Shown here: positions 45,397 through 53,287 of the stretch, one piece after another
Layout: each line of letters begins with the position of its first letter
How positions within the stretch are numbered: the first letter of the stretch is position 1
Origin: Candidatus Saccharimonadales bacterium
Lineage (GTDB): Bacteria > Patescibacteriota > Saccharimonadia > Saccharimonadales > JACDBH01
DNA length: 64,000 nucleotides
Assembly (NCBI GenBank): GCA_041752595.1
Contig: JBGSWE010000004.1
Span: 151,057 to 215,056, forward strand
Direction of reading: 5' to 3'
Notes under the pieces: model-generated
Seen by the model: only the letters and a program-made list of their open reading frames with translations
The model's database searches: none
What the model was told of the DNA's origin: nothing
Program-made: the position numbers and the translations under genes

Positions 45397-46110
45397 TTAT
45401 TTTGAGTCAGAACCTCTCATTTTGAGTATCATTCCAAGTGATACGATTCCAAATACTGCCTTTGCTGTTACGTCTAGGAACGCATATAGAGCTGTTTCTG
45501 TATCGATTGATACATAACCATATCCAGATTCTCCTAGTAACCAAACAACTGGGTACCATATCCATACTGCACTCAGAAACACGAGTAGAGTCATGTACAA
45601 GTCATCTGTTTTAGCTCCGTGTGCTTTGGCATGTTTACGAAGTTCTGTAAACATTAACCATATTAGTACTAAGAACCACAAACAACTTGCTATATACCAT
45701 ACAGCTATGTCTTGTGTGTCTGTGCTAAAGTTTGCAATTGCACCGGTTGCAATCATGGCAACATCGGCAAATAGTATCGCACCGATCAAGCCTAGACGCT
45801 GTCTAGAGTGCTTGGCATCGCTAGCGTCAGGCATAGCAACTACTATTAGTGTCAGTAAGAGTAGTGGTGTGGTTAGTAGCCAATCAATGTAACGACCAAA
45901 GAATATGGTTTTATCATCTATCATTATCACACCCTGGCCGCTAGCCATAGAGTAATAAGCAGCTGCAGCAATGGTTGTTACCATCAATGCTAAAATTACG
46001 TGATATTTATGTTCTGCCTTGAACTTATTCCAGAACGTCAAGATACCAATGGTACCCAGAGTCATACCAGCGAATCCTAGCCACAACCAGGTAGTAGTTA
46101 AATCGTCCAT
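45397..46110 (-). CDS. Type-1 (microbial) rhodopsin
   Basis: 237 aa with 7 TM helices. Helix C reads RYIDWLLTTPLLLLT. Helix F reads WIWYPVVWLLG. Helix G reads FLDVTAKAVFG, which carries the Schiff-base Lys (K217). Confidence 0.9.
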   Translation of the reverse strand: MDDLTTTWLWLGFAGMTLGTIGILTFWNKFKAEHKYHVILALMVTTIAAAAYYSMASGQGVIMIDDKTIFFGRYIDWLLTTPLLLLTLIVVAMPDASDAKHSRQRLGLIGAILFADVAMIATGAIANFSTDTQDIAVWYIASCLWFLVLIWLMFTELRKHAKAHGAKTDDLYMTLLVFLSAVWIWYPVVWLLGESGYGYVSIDTETALYAFLDVTAKAVFGIVSLGMILKMRGSDSK

Positions 46111-46272
46111 AATTAAATTGTTTCCTTATATTCCATTATAATTTTTGCTTTCGACACTTTATACCTCCTCATTATTATTATTATTACCCTTTTCAATAAC
46201 TGTTTTTATGAGTACTTGAAAACGATAGTGCTTATGATTTTTATAATACTACAGTTTATTAATTATTAAACA

Positions 46273-46926
46273 TTAACTTTTTACGTCGCCCGTAAACCAA
46301 TCTCGTCTTAGACTTTCTAAAGGTAATCCGTTTTCAAGTAAATCCGCGCTTAAATTATCAACCATTTGATCTGGCCCTGATATATAGATCATCTTTTTGC
46401 TAATAAATTCAATCGATTCTATGTTAATACGTTTACTTTGAAATATTATTTCTAATTTTTCTTGTTTGCTTTGCCATAATTCAAATTCATCTTTAAATAA
46501 AAAGCTATTATTACTCGAACTGTATATTAACTTTACATTTATCTCTTTATTATCGTTTAGAGCTTGTGACAATATTGATCTAAACGGCGTTATACCTACT
46601 CCACCCGCCAGAAAGATTTTAGGCTTATCATCATCTGTCCACACAAAATCACCCTCTATGTTATAGCCATTTATAACACTCCCGATTTTTAACTGTGCGA
46701 GATTTTGTTTAAACTCACTTGTTCCGATCCAGGTTGTTATCTGAATATGTTTTTCGTGAGGGGCCGATGCGATCGTAAAGCGCCTTTCATCCACTCCCCA
46801 GGAATTTCTAGGTAATTCTAGCCTAATTGACTGGCCTGCAAGCCAGCTAGCTGCTTCGACTGGCTCAAAATAATACGACCATATTTCTTGGCCTTCGTCT
46901 TTTTTACTTAAGTAACGTAACTTCAT
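46273..46926 (-). CDS. Ferredoxin-reductase-like FAD/NAD(P)-binding oxidoreductase
   Basis: It has an RRFTIASAP flavin-binding motif and an AGGVGITPFRSIL nucleotide-binding motif. The start is either the ATG at 46926 or the GTG at 46947. It is very AT-rich. Confidence 0.65.
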   Translation of the reverse strand: MKLRYLSKKDEGQEIWSYYFEPVEAASWLAGQSIRLELPRNSWGVDERRFTIASAPHEKHIQITTWIGTSEFKQNLAQLKIGSVINGYNIEGDFVWTDDDKPKIFLAGGVGITPFRSILSQALNDNKEINVKLIYSSSNNSFLFKDEFELWQSKQEKLEIIFQSKRINIESIEFISKKMIYISGPDQMVDNLSADLLENGLPLESLRRDWFTGDVKS

Positions 46927-46956
46927 TATTAGGTTATTGTAACCCACTAAAAAGTA

Positions 46957-46987
46957 TTGACGCGAGTAGTTTGATGGGTGCTATACT
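46957..46987 (+). promoter_or_regulatory. Candidate extended -10 promoter of the polymerase cassette
   Basis: TGcTATACT (46979-87), with TTGACG 19 nt upstream (46957-62). Confidence 0.4.
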
Positions 46988-47143
46988 GGCTATAGTCATG
47001 TGTGGGCTTCCATTTTGGTCTCCTCCATACAGGCTATTACGCTAAAACTATAGCCGGATAACTTCCGCCTATCATATCAATCGTCGGCAGCGTGAACGCT
47101 AAGCTGCACTCAATATCTTAATTAATTTAAGTGGAGTATTGAT
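46988..47143 (+). promoter_or_regulatory. Structured 5' leader
   Basis: A 9-bp helix GGCTATAGT/ACTATAGCC (46988-96 / 47047-55) encloses TGTGTGG/CCATACA. A second hairpin is GCAGCGTGAACGCTAAGCTGC. The SD GGAG lies at 47133-36. Confidence 0.4.
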
Positions 47144-47464
47144 ATGCGTAATAGCCTCTCTTTTAATCAAAACAAAAACATTATTGACGTTTTATTCTCA
47201 TTTAGTGGGCGCGACCAGTATGCTCGCCCTGTTCGTCTTACCTGGGAGGGTGAAGATTATTTCTTGGGCGGAGTCCAGTTTTGGTATGCCGAACACAAGG
47301 GTTCGGTCTTAGTTCATCATTACCGAATTAGCGATGAATACGGCGAATATACCTTTGAGCTATCACTCGAGACAGAAAACCTCATATGGAGCCTAGACAA
47401 AGTCACCGAATCTAGTTCAACCGGTACAAATCTTGTAAGCAAGTTTGTAGGAGCGACAGCATGA
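47144..47464 (+). CDS. Small protein, paralogue A (unknown family)
   Basis: 106 aa. The core RLTWEGEDYFLGGVQFWYAEHKGSVLVHHYRISDEYGEYTFELSLETENLIWSL aligns with the next ORF. Confidence 0.6.
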   Translation: MRNSLSFNQNKNIIDVLFSFSGRDQYARPVRLTWEGEDYFLGGVQFWYAEHKGSVLVHHYRISDEYGEYTFELSLETENLIWSLDKVTESSSTGTNLVSKFVGATA

Positions 47465-47754
47465 GGCCGTCACTAGATGAGCCAATCAGTGTGGTGTGGT
47501 ACTACAACGCCAAGCTACGCTCGCAACAGCCATATATGCTGACCTGGAATAATCAAGATTATCATTTAGGCAAAGTGGATTTCTGGCACAAGACCTGGAG
47601 CGGCAAACATCAGATCCATCATTTTTCTATCAGCGACAAAGACGGAGGCGCCTATTTTAAGCTCGCCCTCAACACTGACACACTTAATTGGGTGCTTGAG
47701 GAATATATGAGCGCTCATGATGCCGCAATAACTTATGGAAGGAGCACGGCATGA
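47461..47754 (+). CDS. Small protein, paralogue B (unknown family)
   Basis: 97 aa. ATGA overlap with paralogue A and an AGGAG SD. The core is MLTWNNQDYHLGKVDFWHKTWSGKHQIHHFSISDKDGGAYFKLALNTDTLNWVL. Confidence 0.6.
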   Translation: MRPSLDEPISVVWYYNAKLRSQQPYMLTWNNQDYHLGKVDFWHKTWSGKHQIHHFSISDKDGGAYFKLALNTDTLNWVLEEYMSAHDAAITYGRSTA

Positions 47755-47855
47755 ATCCCGTAAGTCCACTACCGAGCATAGATCCAACTTGCGGCTGCAT
47801 AAACATACCAATCAGTAAAATCTCGCACAATACCAAGAAAGGACTAACGGGATGA
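47751..47855 (+). CDS. Micro-ORF (34 aa), not in the supplied track
   Basis: ATGA overlap with the upstream stop. A strong SD AAGGAG lies 6 nt upstream. Translation: MNPVSPLPSIDPTCGCINIPISKISHNTKKGLTG. Confidence 0.35.
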   Translation: MNPVSPLPSIDPTCGCINIPISKISHNTKKGLTG

Positions 47856-48022
47856 AAAATCGTAAAAAACGGGCTCAACGCGAGGAAGTACGCAAAATAT
47901 TGCAAACCATGCGCTTAGAGCTAGCCGCCCAACGTTTGGCTCAAGAGAAGAGCGAGCGCCCAAATGCAACTCTGCGCCTTCATGAGCTCATGAAACAATC
48001 CACACAGTCTTTAGTGAGATAA
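47852..48022 (+). CDS. Micro-ORF (56 aa, basic helical), not in the supplied track
   Basis: ATGA overlap with the upstream micro-ORF. Its stop lies 1 nt before the polymerase ATG. Translation begins MKNRKKRAQREEVRKILQTMRLELAAQRLAQEK... Confidence 0.4.
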   Translation: MKNRKKRAQREEVRKILQTMRLELAAQRLAQEKSERPNATLRLHELMKQSTQSLVR

Positions 48023-48023
48023 T

Positions 48024-49358
48024 ATGTTCACTAACGACTTACCTGTTAATAATATTGAGCCTAAGGTAATGCATATTGACCTCAATTCTTGCTTCGCAAT
48101 TATCGAGCAGCAGGCCAACCGTTTATTACGTGGTCGGCCAGTGGGCGTAGCGGCTTATGATACGCCGAGGGGTTTTGTGGTGGCATCTAGCTACGAGGCT
48201 AAGCGCATGGGCGTAAAATTGGGCGTAAATGTCCAGGAAGCCCGTTTACTGTGCCCTGGCATTATAATTACCACGCCCGACCCACCAAAATACCGAGAGG
48301 CCCACAAACGCTTCAAGGAATTAATGCTTGAGTATACTAGCGATGTTACTCCCAAAAGTATTGATGAATTTGTACTGCATTTCAATAATTCACCAATTCT
48401 ACGATCTGGTAAATCTATGGAACAGATTGGTTTAGAGATAAAGGAAAAAATAGCAGAACATCTAGGTGAATGGGTAACGGTAAACATAGGCATTGGCCCA
48501 AACCGTTTTCTGGCCAAATTTGCAGCCGGATTTGACAAGCCAAATGGCATGAGACGTATCGATTACACAAACCTGGAGCAAACTTATGACGGTATGGATC
48601 TGGTTGATCTGCCTGGTATTAATACGCGCTATCGTGCGCGTTTGCAGATGTACGGCATTATGACGCCACTAGATTTTCTGCATGCCGAGCGCCGAGTTTT
48701 AGAGAAAGTAGTGTTTAAAAGCATTGTTGGCTATTACTGGTACTTACGTCTGCGTGGTCATGAAATTGATAAGTTTGAGAGTAAGCGTAGGACAATTGGC
48801 CACCAGTATGCCCTGCCCCATAAAACATGGGATCGGGATGAGCTGGCAAGGCTGCTCATGAAATTATGCGAAAAGGTCGGTCGTAGACTACGTAAAGACG
48901 GCCTCACGGCTGGTGGTATTCATCTGTATCTTAGCTTTATGAATTATCAAGAATCTGCTCCCGTTGATAGCGGGTTTATAGGTGGTGATAATCTTAGCTC
49001 TGGCCGCTCTTGGCACAAAGGCCAAAAGGTTGGTTATCGGCTATACAGCGGCGAAAGTGTCTATCGCGCCGCCAAATCGCTACTGGCCATAGCTAGTATT
49101 CATAGCAAAGTGCGTGGTATGAGTATTACGGTTTTTGATCTAGCCCCAGCCGATCCTGAACAACTTAGCTTATTTGAAACCATACAAGGCTCAAGCCCGT
49201 ACAGTGAGCGTAGTTTTACAGCAGAGCGCCACATATCTGACGCCATAGATACTATCAATAACCGCTATGGTGAGTTTGTTATAACACCTGGCACAATGAT
49301 GGATATGAACGGCGAAATACTAGATCGCATCGCTTTCGGCAGTGTCCGCGACCTATAA
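48024..49358 (+). CDS. Y-family DNA polymerase, UmuC-like
   Basis: 444 aa. Catalytic motifs HIDLNSCFA and SIDEF. Beta-clamp motif QLSLF (49161-75). The tail DAIDTINNRYGEFV is UmuC/DUF4113-like. Confidence 0.85.
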   Translation: MFTNDLPVNNIEPKVMHIDLNSCFAIIEQQANRLLRGRPVGVAAYDTPRGFVVASSYEAKRMGVKLGVNVQEARLLCPGIIITTPDPPKYREAHKRFKELMLEYTSDVTPKSIDEFVLHFNNSPILRSGKSMEQIGLEIKEKIAEHLGEWVTVNIGIGPNRFLAKFAAGFDKPNGMRRIDYTNLEQTYDGMDLVDLPGINTRYRARLQMYGIMTPLDFLHAERRVLEKVVFKSIVGYYWYLRLRGHEIDKFESKRRTIGHQYALPHKTWDRDELARLLMKLCEKVGRRLRKDGLTAGGIHLYLSFMNYQESAPVDSGFIGGDNLSSGRSWHKGQKVGYRLYSGESVYRAAKSLLAIASIHSKVRGMSITVFDLAPADPEQLSLFETIQGSSPYSERSFTAERHISDAIDTINNRYGEFVITPGTMMDMNGEILDRIAFGSVRDL

Positions 49359-49375
49359 GAGTATAATGACAGTAT

Positions 49376-50764
49376 ATGGAAAATAACTTAGCAAAACCGG
49401 TTGCATTGGTTATTTTTGGGATTACGGGCGATTTGGCCCAGCGCAAGCTGTTGCCGGCGCTTATTAATCTCATAAAAGCCGATTTATTGCCTAAAGATAG
49501 CCACATTATTGGCGTAACACGTCAGAGCATATCCAAAAACGATGTATTAAAGCCTGTCTTCAGTCATTCAGCCTCAAAGCTTAAGGCTAACCTACGAGCT
49601 GTAAATCACTTCAAGCAAAAGTTTAGCCTGTTTCAAATGGATATGTCCAAAGAAAATGATTATTTAGAGCTCAAAAACTACCTAGATTCACTAGATAAAG
49701 AACATGGACTAAACTTTCAACGCCTATATTATCTGTCTATTCCACCATCAATTTTTGATAATGTCGTAAATATGATGGGCAAAAGTGGGCTACAGAACCC
49801 TTGTGGAAAAGATAATTTACTTCCGTCTTTGCTTATTGAAAAACCTTTTGGGTATGACCTCGATTCCGCTAAGCAGTTAATAAATGTAACTATGAATTAT
49901 TTCAAAGAATCTCAAGTTTACAGAATAGACCACTATCTAGCTAAAGAAATGGCCCAGAATATACTTAGTTTTAGGTTTTTAAACCCACTTTTTGCATCTG
50001 TTTGGGGTAGTAAATATATAAGTTCAGTAACTATCACGGCCTACGAAGATATAACAATCGAAAATCGAGCCAATTTTTATGAACAAACGGGTGCGTTACG
50101 GGATTTAATTCAAAGCCATTTATTACAATTAATGACTCTTATTGCAACCGAACGACCAGACTCAATACAAGACAGTAAAGATGTTCATTTAGAACGTTTG
50201 AAGGTGTTAAAGGCAATAAACATACCAAAACCCAACGAAGTTTCAAAAATTGCTAAAAGAGGCCAATATGATTCATACAAAAATGATGTTAATAACCAAA
50301 AAAGTGAAATAGAAACCTACGCTTCAGTTGATCTGTCGATAGACAATCAAAGATGGAAAGGTACTAAATTTAAACTTAGAACCGGTAAAGCAATGGACAA
50401 AAAATCAACTCGTATTGATATACAGTTTGGTCCAAATAATAAAAATAATTTATTAAGCCTACAGTTGCAGCCAGATGAAGGAATATTTCTTGACCTTCAA
50501 GTCAAAAAACCTGGTCATGAACGTGAGATCAAACGAATGCAAATGGATTTTAGCTATAAACGAACTTTTAAGGGCATTGATTCGCCAGAAGCGTACGAAA
50601 GGGTTTTACTTGATGCAGTCAGACAAGACCAATCATTGTTCGCAACCTCTGATGAAGTCCTTGCATCGTGGAAAATTATTGATCCAATATTAAGTGAATG
50701 GTCAAAAACATCAACTGATTTACAGATATACAAAAAAGGTAGTTCAGGTCTAAAAAAAATATAA
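49376..50764 (+). CDS. zwf: Glucose-6-phosphate 1-dehydrogenase
   Basis: 462 aa. NADP motif FGITGDLAQRKLLPAL and active-site RIDHYLAKE. Confidence 0.9.
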   Translation: MENNLAKPVALVIFGITGDLAQRKLLPALINLIKADLLPKDSHIIGVTRQSISKNDVLKPVFSHSASKLKANLRAVNHFKQKFSLFQMDMSKENDYLELKNYLDSLDKEHGLNFQRLYYLSIPPSIFDNVVNMMGKSGLQNPCGKDNLLPSLLIEKPFGYDLDSAKQLINVTMNYFKESQVYRIDHYLAKEMAQNILSFRFLNPLFASVWGSKYISSVTITAYEDITIENRANFYEQTGALRDLIQSHLLQLMTLIATERPDSIQDSKDVHLERLKVLKAINIPKPNEVSKIAKRGQYDSYKNDVNNQKSEIETYASVDLSIDNQRWKGTKFKLRTGKAMDKKSTRIDIQFGPNNKNNLLSLQLQPDEGIFLDLQVKKPGHEREIKRMQMDFSYKRTFKGIDSPEAYERVLLDAVRQDQSLFATSDEVLASWKIIDPILSEWSKTSTDLQIYKKGSSGLKKI

Positions 50765-50861
50765 ACACAGAAATAGTAAAATAACCTGTAAAAAGTCTTT
50801 GATATTATGCATAAGCTCTTTATACTATTAGTTAAAGCAAACTAAAAGTTGATTGAGGGCG

Positions 50862-52085
50862 ATGAAGGTATTAATGCTAGGGTGGGAACTACCACCTCAC
50901 AACAGCGGTGGACTGGGAGTAGCATGCTACCAACTCTGCAAAGCACTATCTTCTAAGGGAGTTGGTATTGAATTTGTTATACCCTATACCGCTGACCATA
51001 GTTCTATAGATTTTATGAACGTTCACCCTGCTCACCCTCAGGGAATTACGGCGATTCTTAAAAGCGGTATCGCATACGATAGCTACAAATACGTTTACGA
51101 AGATGGTCACGAAGAATGGTTTAACATGCACGATCAGCAAGCCGCCTACGAAAAAGCTGTTGGTGATTTGGTACCACTTATGAATTTTGACGTAATACAC
51201 GCTCATGATTGGTTAACTTTTAGGGCTGGTTTGCGAGCTCGTCACATCAGTGGAAAACCGCTTATTTTGCACGTTCACTCTATTGAGTCTGATCGTTCGG
51301 CAAAAGCTGGGGGCGGCAATCCATTGGTTCGTGAAATTGAAGGGCTTAGCTTTTTAATGGCAGATCGTATAATTGCAGTTAGTCAGTTCACAAAAGACGC
51401 AATTATCCGTGAATATGACATCCCGTCAGACAAAATTGATGTTGTTCATAATAGTCTAGATCTTGAAATGGTAGAACCATTGGCAATAGAAAGCACACAT
51501 AGTTATTTACATGCTATGAGAGCTCGAGGATACCGAGTGGTTGTCAGTATTGGCAGATTAACTATCCAAAAAGGTTTAACCAATCTGTTGTATGCAGCTA
51601 AAGCGGTAGTAGATAATCACCCTAAAACCATATTTCTGATCGTTGGATCCGGCGAACAATATACAGAACTTATTGAGCTGGCGGCAGAGTTAGGCATTAG
51701 CCAGAATGTAATATTTAGTGGTTTTCAACGCGGCGCTAGATGGCGTGACAGTTTTGCGGTAGGTGATTTATTCGTAATGCCTTCTGTTTCAGAACCTTTT
51801 GGTTTAACTCCTTTAGAGGCAGCAGGATATGGCACGCCATCACTAATATCAAAGCAATCAGGTGTTGCAGAAGTATTTACAAACTGCCTCAAGGTTGATT
51901 TTTGGGATATTAACGAAATTGCTAATCAGATCGCATCTGTAGTTAAGAACGATGCCCTTAGAGACGAGTTGCACATTAATGCTCAAAGCGAATACAACAA
52001 TTTATCTTGGCACCCAGCAGCCGATAAGTTAATTGACTGGTACAATCACCACACCAGCGATCAATTAGAGGCGGTTGCATCATGA
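50862..52085 (+). CDS. Glycogen/starch-synthase-like GT-B glycosyltransferase
   Basis: I place the start at the ATG (MKVLMLGWELPPHNSGGLGV). It has the E-x7-E motif (SEPFGLTPLEAAGYGTP). Confidence 0.75.
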   Translation: MKVLMLGWELPPHNSGGLGVACYQLCKALSSKGVGIEFVIPYTADHSSIDFMNVHPAHPQGITAILKSGIAYDSYKYVYEDGHEEWFNMHDQQAAYEKAVGDLVPLMNFDVIHAHDWLTFRAGLRARHISGKPLILHVHSIESDRSAKAGGGNPLVREIEGLSFLMADRIIAVSQFTKDAIIREYDIPSDKIDVVHNSLDLEMVEPLAIESTHSYLHAMRARGYRVVVSIGRLTIQKGLTNLLYAAKAVVDNHPKTIFLIVGSGEQYTELIELAAELGISQNVIFSGFQRGARWRDSFAVGDLFVMPSVSEPFGLTPLEAAGYGTPSLISKQSGVAEVFTNCLKVDFWDINEIANQIASVVKNDALRDELHINAQSEYNNLSWHPAADKLIDWYNHHTSDQLEAVAS

Positions 52086-53287
52086 AGTCCATCGTACTTT
52101 ATATGCATGTTCATCAGCCTTACCGCGTTAGGCATTACACAATATTTGATGCCGGTAATCACCATGACTACTTTGATGCTCCTTACGATTCACCAGAATC
52201 AAACGAAAAAGTTATTCGTAAAGTTGCTGAAAAATCATATATCCCTACAAACCAGGTTTTACTTGAGTTATTAAATAATCATCCCCAATTTAAGCTTAGT
52301 CTCTCTATAACAGGGACGATTATCGAACAGCTAGAAGATTGGGCTCCAGAAGTTCTTGAATCATTCAAAGCCTTAACGTCTACTGGGCGAGTAGAGATAG
52401 TGGCCGAAACATATCACCACTCACTAGCCTTCTTTTATTCCCGTGATGAGTTCGAGCGACAGGTTGAGCTACACAAGCATAAAGTTCAGGAAATATTCGA
52501 CCAGACTCCAAAAGTATTTAGAAATACTGAACTTGCATACAATAACGATCTTGCTGTCTGGGCCGATAAAGCTGGTTATAAAGGCATATTAGCTGAAGGT
52601 TGGGATCCAATACTAAGTTGGCGCTCCCCTAACTATGTTTATAGACCTTCGTATACAGAAAATATTAGGTTACTGATGAAAAACTACAAACTAAGTGATG
52701 ATGTTGCCTTTAGATTTAGTAACCAGTCTTGGGAAGAATGGCCATTAGACGCTGGTAAATACTCACACTGGTTATCTGAGGCTGGTGAAGCAACTAATTT
52801 TAACTTGTTCATGGACTACGAAACTTTTGGCGAGCATCAATGGGCTGATACTGGCATTTTTGATTTCTTACGTCATTTGCCAGAACAATGGCTTCAAAAT
52901 GACGATCATACATTCATGACAGTTAGCGAAGTTATTGATGCAAACGAACCAGTTGATTATGTCGATATGCCATACACAGTTACTTGGGCTGATACAGAAC
53001 GTGATTTGACTGCATGGCTAGGTAACAAAATGCAACATGAGGCCTCAAACGCAATCTATGGTTTAGAAAAATTAGTTTTTGAAAGCAATGACCCTGTAAT
53101 CGTTTCTGATTGGCGAAAGCTTACTACTTCTGATCATTTTTACTATATGTGTACTAAATGGTTTAGCGACGGCGATGTTCATGCTTATTTTAGTCCTTAT
53201 GATACCCCTTACGAAGCATTTATTAACTTTATGAACGCTTGGCATGATTTAAGATACCGCTTAGCCCAAAAAGGTCTGGATAGCTAA
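52082..53287 (+). CDS. Glycoside hydrolase family 57 protein
   Basis: 401 aa. ATGA overlap with the upstream gene. It has an N-terminal YMHVHQPYR and DYETFGEH motifs typical of GH57. Confidence 0.8.
   Translation: MKSIVLYMHVHQPYRVRHYTIFDAGNHHDYFDAPYDSPESNEKVIRKVAEKSYIPTNQVLLELLNNHPQFKLSLSITGTIIEQLEDWAPEVLESFKALTSTGRVEIVAETYHHSLAFFYSRDEFERQVELHKHKVQEIFDQTPKVFRNTELAYNNDLAVWADKAGYKGILAEGWDPILSWRSPNYVYRPSYTENIRLLMKNYKLSDDVAFRFSNQSWEEWPLDAGKYSHWLSEAGEATNFNLFMDYETFGEHQWADTGIFDFLRHLPEQWLQNDDHTFMTVSEVIDANEPVDYVDMPYTVTWADTERDLTAWLGNKMQHEASNAIYGLEKLVFESNDPVIVSDWRKLTTSDHFYYMCTKWFSDGDVHAYFSPYDTPYEAFINFMNAWHDLRYRLAQKGLDS

Noticed and set aside
45397-46110. The carotenoid operon supplying an antenna pigment to the rhodopsin, in the xanthorhodopsin manner.
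   Set aside because: By my alignment (AVWYIAS against BR VWWAIST), the helix-E position that must be Gly to open the antenna-binding fenestration is still a Trp. Antenna binding therefore seems unlikely. The alignment was done by eye and should be verified.
47566-47905. Minus-strand ORFs 47566..47811 and 47684..47905, lying between paralogue B and the polymerase.
   Set aside because: They are antisense to a chain of plus-strand ORFs that have SD sequences and ATGA start/stop coupling. They have no SD of their own and show odd composition.
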